Shown in pieces: positions 58,275 through 64,000 of a stretch of DNA of 64,000 nt; the stretch's first letter is position 1; each line of letters opens with the position of its first letter. Position numbers and translations under genes: made by a program. The notes under the pieces were generated by a model. The model saw only the letters and a program-made list of their open reading frames with translations, had not been told where the DNA came from and did no database searches. The stretch is from Bacteroidota bacterium (GTDB lineage: Bacteria; Bacteroidota; Bacteroidia; UKL13-3), in NCBI GenBank assembly GCA_947459415.1, contig CANHDN010000001.1, positions 243 to 64,242 on the forward strand, read 5' to 3'.

Positions 58275-59615
58275 CTAGCTTTTTTTTCTGGCTCTATTTC
58301 TTTCTACCGCTCTATTTCTTGGCTTAGTTTTGTTTGGGTTTCTTTTTCTTGGCCCACCTAAATTCACTTTTTTATTCTTTTCTTTCTTTTCGTGAAAACC
58401 TTTAGGAAGGGCTTTAGTTTGAACCTTTTCGAGGTAATTTTTCTGAATTACTTTGGGTAATTCTTCGTCTAAAAACTGTTTAGATACTATCACCTCTTTA
58501 GGCATTTTTTCACGCTTAATACTCAGCGCCATCATATCTTCAATCTTATCTAAATATTCTTTTTCTGCTTCATTGTAAAAGGTGATGGCCTTGCCACTTT
58601 TACCAGCTCTTCCTGTTCTTCCAATTCTATGTATGTAATCGCCAGCCTCCAAAGGAGTGTCAAAATTAATTACATGTGTTACATCTAAAATATCTAATCC
58701 TCTCGCAGCAATATCTGTTGCGATTAATATTCTATTGGATCCTTCCTTAAACTGCGATAGGGCAGCGAAACGAATTGGTTGAGTTTTCTTAGAATGAATA
58801 ATGTTTAAATCTTCTCCAAAAAGTCTTTTTGTATCACCATAAAGCCTATCTGCTAACTTAATATTAGCCACAAAAACCAAGACTTTTGAAAAAGTTTTTT
58901 TATTATTTAGTAGGTGAATTAATAAGTTTACTTTGGTATAATAATTGGGTACTGCGTAGGCTGTCTGCTTAATTTTTTTAAGTGGTGTACCATGAGGAAC
59001 TACCTCTATTTTAGTTGGATTTTTCGTGAATGTTTGAATTAACAATTGCACCTCTTTATTCATGGTTGCTGAGAAGAATATATTTTGCCTTTTTGGTGGC
59101 AACAAATCTAATACTGTTGTTAATTGTGCCCTAAATCCAGTTTCAAGCATTTCATCTACTTCATCAATAATAAAATGTTGAACTTGCTTCAATTTTAAAA
59201 TCCCTAACATAGCCAAATCAACCAAACGTCCGGGTGTTGAAACGAGAATATCTAGTCCTTCTAAAACTAATTTTTTCTGGGGATTTATGTTACTACCTCC
59301 ATATATACCTCCAGAACGTATGGCAGAATATTTGCTTAATTTTTCAATTTCACCCAAAACCTGCACCACCAATTCACGGGTTGGGACTATAACTAGTACC
59401 CTAGGCGATTTTTGCTCACTAAATTTTAGCATACGCAAAACTGGCAGTAAATACGCAATGGTTTTACCTGTGCCGGTCTGGGCTAAACCAATTACATCGG
59501 CACCCGACATAATTACTGAATAGGTATTAGCTTGGATCGGAGTGGGATGAATAAACTCTAAATCTTGTAAGGCATTTAGATATGGTTTGGTAAGATTTAG
59601 GTCTTCAAAATTTAG
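58275..59615 (-). CDS. DEAD-box ATP-dependent RNA helicase
   Basis: Q-motif region, Walker A AQTGTGKT, DEVD box, SAT, and HRIGRTGRAG. Basic C-terminal tail. Start taken at MLNFEDLNL to avoid overlap with the upstream gene. Confidence 0.85.
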   Translation of the reverse strand, partial: LNFEDLNLTKPYLNALQDLEFIHPTPIQANTYSVIMSGADVIGLAQTGTGKTIAYLLPVLRMLKFSEQKSPRVLVIVPTRELVVQVLGEIEKLSKYSAIRSGGIYGGSNINPQKKLVLEGLDILVSTPGRLVDLAMLGILKLKQVQHFIIDEVDEMLETGFRAQLTTVLDLLPPKRQNIFFSATMNKEVQLLIQTFTKNPTKIEVVPHGTPLKKIKQTAYAVPNYYTKVNLLIHLLNNKKTFSKVLVFVANIKLADRLYGDTKRLFGEDLNIIHSKKTQPIRFAALSQFKEGSNRILIATDIAARGLDILDVTHVINFDTPLEAGDYIHRIGRTGRAGKSGKAITFYNEAEKEYLDKIEDMMALSIKREKMPKEVIVSKQFLDEELPKVIQKNYLEKVQTKALPKGFHEKKEKNKKVNLGGPRKRNPNKTKPRNRAVERNRARKKS

Positions 59616-59640
59616 CATTTTATTTATTTTTAAGTTTAGC

Positions 59641-60654
59641 TTAGATACCAAGCCATTTTTTTGCAGTTTCTCTCAATAATTTAGCCTTGGTAGACTCATC
59701 TAAATCTTTCATTAGGGTAATAAATTTTCCATGTTCCAAATCACCCAGCGGAAATGGGAAGTCTGAACCCATGGCAATTTTGTCGGGGCCAAACATATTC
59801 AGTATAAATTTAAATGTTTCTTCGTCATGAACCAAAGAATCTATAAAGAATTTATCTGTATAACTATTTGGTTCAGAAACCTTGTGCACATTACACAAAT
59901 CTGGCCTTGCATGATAAGCATGCGATATTCTACCTAGGGTTTGGGGAAAACATCCACCTCCATGAGCAAACAATACCCGGAGATTTGGATATTTATCAAA
60001 AATACCTCCAAACATCATGCTACAAATGGCTAAGGATGTTTCAGCTGGCATTCCAACCAACCATGGTAAAAAGTAATTCGGCATTTTTTCCTGAGACATC
60101 ATGTCCCATGGATGAACAAATAGACACATGCCCAACTTTTCTGCAGTTTCGTAAAATGGATAATAATAAGGGTCGTCTAAATTTCTATGTTCAATATGTG
60201 TTCCTATTTCTACTCCCGGTAAATTGAGTTCATATTTACATCTTGTTAATTCTTCGCAAGCTAAAGTAATATCTTGCATAGGAAGTGTTGCTAAACCAAC
60301 AAAACGTTTTGGATAATTTTCTTGAATTTTTGCAATATAATCATTGAAATATCGAGACCATTCAAGGGTATGAGCAGGTTCAGCCCAATAATAGAATAAA
60401 ACGGGTACAATAGAGAGTGCCATGAGTTCAACATCATTTTTATCCATATGCGCAATGATGGCGTCAGGATTCCAGCAAAGTTCATCTATCATACGAAAAA
60501 AAGTGCCATCTGCCTTCATCATATTTGCCTTTCCTGGCTGAAAATGGTCTAGGTAAATAAAATCATCACCGTAGCCATATTTTTCTTTTAAGTTTGGCAT
60601 ATTTTGTGGCAAAATATGCGCATGTACATCAATTTTTTTGTAGTTAATTCCCAT
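59641..60654 (-). CDS. 2-amino-3-carboxymuconate-6-semialdehyde decarboxylase (amidohydrolase-2 family)
   Basis: Near-collinear match to ACMSD, as I recall it, across the protein. The segments are [81 protein letters not shown], and [10 protein letters not shown]. Confidence 0.85.
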   Translation of the reverse strand: MGINYKKIDVHAHILPQNMPNLKEKYGYGDDFIYLDHFQPGKANMMKADGTFFRMIDELCWNPDAIIAHMDKNDVELMALSIVPVLFYYWAEPAHTLEWSRYFNDYIAKIQENYPKRFVGLATLPMQDITLACEELTRCKYELNLPGVEIGTHIEHRNLDDPYYYPFYETAEKLGMCLFVHPWDMMSQEKMPNYFLPWLVGMPAETSLAICSMMFGGIFDKYPNLRVLFAHGGGCFPQTLGRISHAYHARPDLCNVHKVSEPNSYTDKFFIDSLVHDEETFKFILNMFGPDKIAMGSDFPFPLGDLEHGKFITLMKDLDESTKAKLLRETAKKWLGI

Positions 60655-61438
60655 CACCATCAAATATGTTTCCCAGTCCGCCTAGTATACCGCCTTCTTC
60701 TCGTCTCTGGCCCATGCCACTATAAGCAACAATGCGACTAGCCAATCTTGAAATTGGTAAAGATTGAATCCAAACGGTTCCAGGGCCTTGCAAGGTAGCA
60801 AAGAAAACTCCTTCACCACCAAAAAGTGTATTTTTTATTCCTCCCACAAACTGAATATCATAATTGATCTCTTTGGTAAAGGCTACTATACAGCCTGTAT
60901 CTACTTTTAAAATTTCACCAGGGGCTAGGTCTCTTTCTTCTACATGCCCACCTGCATGAACAAACGCCATTCCATCACCCTCTAATTTTTGCATAATAAA
61001 TCCTTCGCCACCAAAAAGCCCTGTTCCTAACTTTCTTTGGAATTCTATACCAACACTAACTCCTTTTGCAGCGCATAAAAAAGAATCTTTTTGGCAGGTA
61101 ATTCGTCCTCCTCGTTTACTTAAATCAAATGGAAGAATTTTACCTGGATAAGGTGCTGCAAAAGTTATTGTCTTTTTACCTGCACCCATGTTTGTGTATG
61201 CAGTCATAAACAGGCTCTCTCCAGTGAGAAGGCGTTTTCCTGCAGACATTAATTTTCCAAAAATTCCACTATTTTCTTGTGATCCATCACCTAATAATGT
61301 ATTCATTTGAATGCCATCTGTCATCATCATAAAACTTCCTGGCTCTGCCATCACCGTTTCTTGAGGATCTAATTCTACCTCTACACATTGCATTTCGCTA
61401 CCAAAAATACGGTAATCTATTTCGTGGTTATTAATCAT
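60644..61438 (-). CDS. AIM24/TIGR00266-family (DUF124) protein with Gly-rich C-terminal tail
   Basis: Approximately 230-aa double-psi-beta-barrel-like family pattern ([20 protein letters not shown]...), then a [16 protein letters not shown] tail. Confidence 0.55.
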   Translation of the reverse strand: MINNHEIDYRIFGSEMQCVEVELDPQETVMAEPGSFMMMTDGIQMNTLLGDGSQENSGIFGKLMSAGKRLLTGESLFMTAYTNMGAGKKTITFAAPYPGKILPFDLSKRGGRITCQKDSFLCAAKGVSVGIEFQRKLGTGLFGGEGFIMQKLEGDGMAFVHAGGHVEERDLAPGEILKVDTGCIVAFTKEINYDIQFVGGIKNTLFGGEGVFFATLQGPGTVWIQSLPISRLASRIVAYSGMGQRREEGGILGGLGNIFDGDGN

Positions 61439-61625
61439 ATTGCATTATTTATTGAAGCTTCGAAATTATTTAAAAAAATAATTAGGAGACTCATTTTTTT
61501 ATTTCATTGTTAATTTAATTTATTTTTTAGTGTAAAATCAAATAAAAAATTAAATTGCTAACTTAAACAATGATAAAAATCAATAGTTCACCGATATTAT
61601 TCTTAAAATTAACTTAATTACCCCC

Positions 61626-62273
61626 ATGAGAAAAGCGCTTTTAGTTGGTATTTCTGGTAGACTTGGCAGTGCATTATTGGATGCTTTGCTTGCAGATATT
61701 AAGTATAAAGGTGTAACTGTTTTAACGCGCTATGAGGGAAAAAGGCTTAAAAACATTCATTTGAAAGTAGTGAGGGTTGATTTTTCAAATATTGAAGCTT
61801 ATTTAGATAGTTTTGAAGGAGTAGACGATGTTTTTTGTTTACTCGGTTCAGATTTTATAAATACTAATAATATTTCGGATACAGAATTGTTTGATTATGA
61901 ATATCCTTTAAGTATTGCTAGGGTTGCCAAACAAGCAGGTGTTCAAAATTTCATCCTATTAAATAGTCACAAAGCAGAATCGGAGAATAATCATCCTAAA
62001 TGGAGTAAAAGAGCTGCTTTAGAATTGGAAGTAAAAAAACTGCAATTTGAAAATCTTTATATTTTTAGAGTTAATCAAATTATAAAATCAATAGCAAACA
62101 AAAATAAGTTTTTATCAGTTAGAAATTTATTTTGGAAGTTTATACAAGCAGTTAGTTTTGGTAAATTTACAAATGTAATGCCCACGCCAGCAAACGTATT
62201 GGCTCAAAAGATGATTGCTACTATTACATTAAGCACAGAAGATAAAAGGGAATTTAGTCCCAAAGATTATTAA
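61626..62273 (+). CDS. NAD(P)H-binding atypical SDR (HTATIP2/NmrA-like) oxidoreductase, paralog 1
   Basis: Rossmann GxxGxxG (VGISGRLGSAL). Approximately 215 aa. Confidence 0.55.
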   Translation: MRKALLVGISGRLGSALLDALLADIKYKGVTVLTRYEGKRLKNIHLKVVRVDFSNIEAYLDSFEGVDDVFCLLGSDFINTNNISDTELFDYEYPLSIARVAKQAGVQNFILLNSHKAESENNHPKWSKRAALELEVKKLQFENLYIFRVNQIIKSIANKNKFLSVRNLFWKFIQAVSFGKFTNVMPTPANVLAQKMIATITLSTEDKREFSPKDY

Positions 62274-62281
62274 AAACAATA

Positions 62282-62947
62282 ATGAACAAAAGAAAAGCAT
62301 TGGTAATTGGAGCAACCGGATTAATTGGAAGAAGTTTAGTGTTTGAATTACTTAAATCTGATGCCTATGATTTGGTAGTAGTTTTAGCAAGAAGAGATTT
62401 AGTTATTAAACATCCCAAATTTCAGCAGCATCTGCTAGATTTTGATTTTTTATCTGATTATTCAAGCTATATGCAAGTAGATGATGTTTTTTGTTGTATG
62501 GGGTCAACCCAGTCTAAAACACCAAATCTTGATGTATACCGGAAGATAGATTTTATTTATCCATTGCAGGTTGCCACCTTGGCTAAAAATCAAGGTGCCA
62601 AACAGTTCTTATTAGTAAGTTCATTGGGTGCAGATGTGAAATCTTCTATTTTCTATAGCAGATTGAAAGGTGAGATAGAATTAGCTATCTCTGAATTACA
62701 TTATCCAACATATCGCATTTTTCGTCCTTCTTTGTTGTTGGGGTCAAGAAATGAAAGCAGGCCATTAGAAACGCTCTCTCAATACTTAATGCGGGTTTTA
62801 AATGTATTTTTTATAGGTCCTGCAAAAAAATATAAGGCAATTCAAGGTTCATTGGTGGCTAAGGCCATGATAAAAGCAGCCTTATTTAATGAGCAAGGAA
62901 CTTTTACACACCAAAATGACAAGATTTTTGAAATTGCGGAAGCTTAA
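62282..62947 (+). CDS. NAD(P)H-binding atypical SDR (HTATIP2/NmrA-like) oxidoreductase, paralog 2
   Basis: Rossmann GATGLIGRSL. Similar length and architecture to the upstream gene. Confidence 0.55.
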   Translation: MNKRKALVIGATGLIGRSLVFELLKSDAYDLVVVLARRDLVIKHPKFQQHLLDFDFLSDYSSYMQVDDVFCCMGSTQSKTPNLDVYRKIDFIYPLQVATLAKNQGAKQFLLVSSLGADVKSSIFYSRLKGEIELAISELHYPTYRIFRPSLLLGSRNESRPLETLSQYLMRVLNVFFIGPAKKYKAIQGSLVAKAMIKAALFNEQGTFTHQNDKIFEIAEA

Positions 62948-62959
62948 TTTTTTTTAATT

Positions 62960-63802
62960 TTACTCACAAAAGTAAAAGTAGATTATTAAACCCAATACCA
63001 CTAAACTATTTCCAGTCCATTCCCATTTATTTAGTTTTTCTTTAAAAAGAAAATAACCTGCAATAAGAGAATAAGGAAAAAATGCCAATTGCATGAATCC
63101 TAGGGTGTTTAATGAGAATAATTGATAACTTAGGTTTATCATTAAAGACCCCAAAATTGTAAACCCTGCCACGCCTATGATGTACTTATTTTTGAGCGGT
63201 GGACTTAATAGGGTAAAATCAGAATCAGTTACAATTAAAGCAAGTGCAGCTAAAATTAGAATACTAAATTCAGTTACAAAAGTTCCCCATTCTGCACTTG
63301 TATTTGCCAGTGGAATGCTTAATAAGGCATAGCCAAACCCCCAACAAATAGCAGAAATTAATGCTTCAAATAAACCTTTGTGTGCTTTGGTTTTTTTCCA
63401 TTGAATGGCTATCCCTAAGGTGCTTAATCCAGTTGCTAAATAAAACCACTTATTGAGTTGATCATTATTTAACCAGGCTCCTAATCCATAATGAATAAAT
63501 GCTCCCATGATACCAATAACTGCCACATTTACAAAATGCAAATGTTGCAGTGCTTTAATATAATAATACAAGCCAATACCACATAGGATGCTGCAAGCTA
63601 TTAACCAAGCCATATCTGGAGCTTCTGGTGGTGTGGTAAATTTTCCAGAAACGATCAACCAAATTCCTGAAAAAAGCACCGTAAACAAGGAACGAATATA
63701 GATGAGTCTGCTTGCGCTGTATTGAATACTTCCTAGTTTAATACAAACATCTGCTAAAAAAAAGGAGGTATTAACCAGTAAAGAAAATCCAATGGCATTC
63801 AT
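62960..63802 (-). CDS. EamA/DMT-superfamily transporter
   Basis: Ten predicted TM helices in two EamA-like repeats. Confidence 0.6.
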   Translation of the reverse strand: MNAIGFSLLVNTSFFLADVCIKLGSIQYSASRLIYIRSLFTVLFSGIWLIVSGKFTTPPEAPDMAWLIACSILCGIGLYYYIKALQHLHFVNVAVIGIMGAFIHYGLGAWLNNDQLNKWFYLATGLSTLGIAIQWKKTKAHKGLFEALISAICWGFGYALLSIPLANTSAEWGTFVTEFSILILAALALIVTDSDFTLLSPPLKNKYIIGVAGFTILGSLMINLSYQLFSLNTLGFMQLAFFPYSLIAGYFLFKEKLNKWEWTGNSLVVLGLIIYFYFCE

Positions 63803-63804
63803 TG

Positions 63805-64000
63805 TTATGCGCTAAGTTTGGCTAGCGCATGAGCTAGGTTATTTTCTACGCGAAGTAAAGTGTTTGAATAATCTTGCTTTTCAAATTTTTTTCCTGTGAT
63901 TTTTTCAAATAATTCTATGTAACGTTGAGAAACCAGGTTAATAAAATCTTCAGTAAATACAGGTGCTTCTTGCCCTTCTAAACCTTGAAACCCATGCTCA
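63805..64000 (-). CDS. purC: phosphoribosylaminoimidazole-succinocarboxamide synthase, C-terminal fragment (truncated at window edge)
   Basis: Minus-strand translation ...EAPVFTEDFINLVSQRYIELFEKITGKKF... parallels, as I recall it, the PurC C-terminus (...PELPEEIIAKTSQKYIEAYEKISGKKF in Bacillus). Stop at 63805-63807. Confidence 0.55.
   Translation of the reverse strand, partial: EHGFQGLEGQEAPVFTEDFINLVSQRYIELFEKITGKKFEKQDYSNTLLRVENNLAHALAKLSA

Noticed and set aside
61626-62947. Suspected degenerate Rossmann motif in the first NAD(P)-binding paralog
   Set aside because: On re-reading, GISGRLG still satisfies GxxGxxG. Both paralogs appear intact, so this is only a tandem duplication.
1-64000. 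Search for CRISPR arrays, tRNA/rRNA genes, IS elements, integrases, phage genes and toxin-antitoxin pairs
   Set aside because: No regularly spaced direct repeats, no cloverleaf-like conserved tRNA boxes in the few intergenic regions longer than 100 bp, and no transposase or integrase-like ORFs. The window looks like core chromosome rather than a mobile or defence island.

Overview
This 64 kb window is a low-GC (about 35 %) chromosomal segment with Bacteroidota-type gene content (Flavobacteriia/Sphingobacteriia-like). Coding density is high on both strands. I found no rRNA or tRNA genes, no CRISPR array, and no transposase, integrase or other mobile-element hallmarks. I do not see a clear-cut undescribed defence-type system. 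What follows is the gene content in order, then the observations I consider most worth a second look.

Gene content, 5' to 3':
- 1-6.1 kb: the 3' end of an XRE-type HTH regulator, then an M48 (BepA-like) metalloprotease followed by three small secreted/lipoproteins and an ABM monooxygenase. A three-LysM-domain protein with a long Pro/Ala/Lys-rich spacer closes this block.
- 6.1-12.4 kb: a GT2 glycosyltransferase, a PIG-L/BshB1-like deacetylase, a DUF4369/thioredoxin-like protein, a small hypothetical and two tandem Sun-family rRNA m5C methyltransferases.
- 12.4-20.8 kb: an N-glycan/glycosyl-asparagine catabolic locus on the minus strand (GH20 hexosaminidase, GH2 beta-mannosidase, CutC, glycosylasparaginase, second GH20).
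- 20.9-29.2 kb: fabD, a GT-C membrane glycosyltransferase, uvrA, and an ECF sigma factor followed by a secreted protein and a small protein resembling a cysteine-less anti-sigma domain.
- 29.2-36.5 kb: a phosphate-uptake neighbourhood. A PiT transporter with its DUF47 partner sits divergent from an OprO/P-type phosphate porin; a second PiT paralog lies 3.8 kb away; an S46 dipeptidyl peptidase lies between them.
- 36.5-40.2 kb: a PBP-like protein, guaA and mnmH.
- 40.3-46.7 kb: a Kdo-related cluster. It holds a DegT-type aminotransferase, an Fe-ADH-family dehydrogenase, kdsA, two paralogous small outer-membrane proteins, an unusual Fsa-type aldolase fused to a CBS pair, and a KdsC-like phosphatase.
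- 46.7-64.0 kb: ppk1, two kynurenine-pathway enzymes at separate positions (HAAO at 48.9 kb, ACMSD at 59.6 kb), bamD-rpoZ-coaBC-DUF4835, a VIT1 iron transporter, LOG, PhoH/PIN, trxB, a DEAD-box helicase, an AIM24-family protein, two tandem NAD(P)-binding paralogs, a DMT transporter and the 3' end of purC.

Most notable observations:
- The octamer TTAACA(A/T)T occurs four times at exact 11-bp multiples in the divergent PiT/porin promoter (a Pho-box-like architecture), with a related 11-bp tandem upstream of the second PiT.
- The Kdo cluster looks like a KdnA/KdnB-type amino-Kdo module, and it carries the aldolase-CBS fusion in the place a KdsD-type arabinose-5-phosphate isomerase would occupy.
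- The ECF sigma module has an atypical, zinc-less, TM-less anti-sigma-like partner.
- A near-perfect 19-bp hairpin between trxB and the phoH-like gene overlaps the annotated phoH-like start codon.

All calls rest on visual motif recognition in the supplied translations and on recalled family signatures. No database searches were run.
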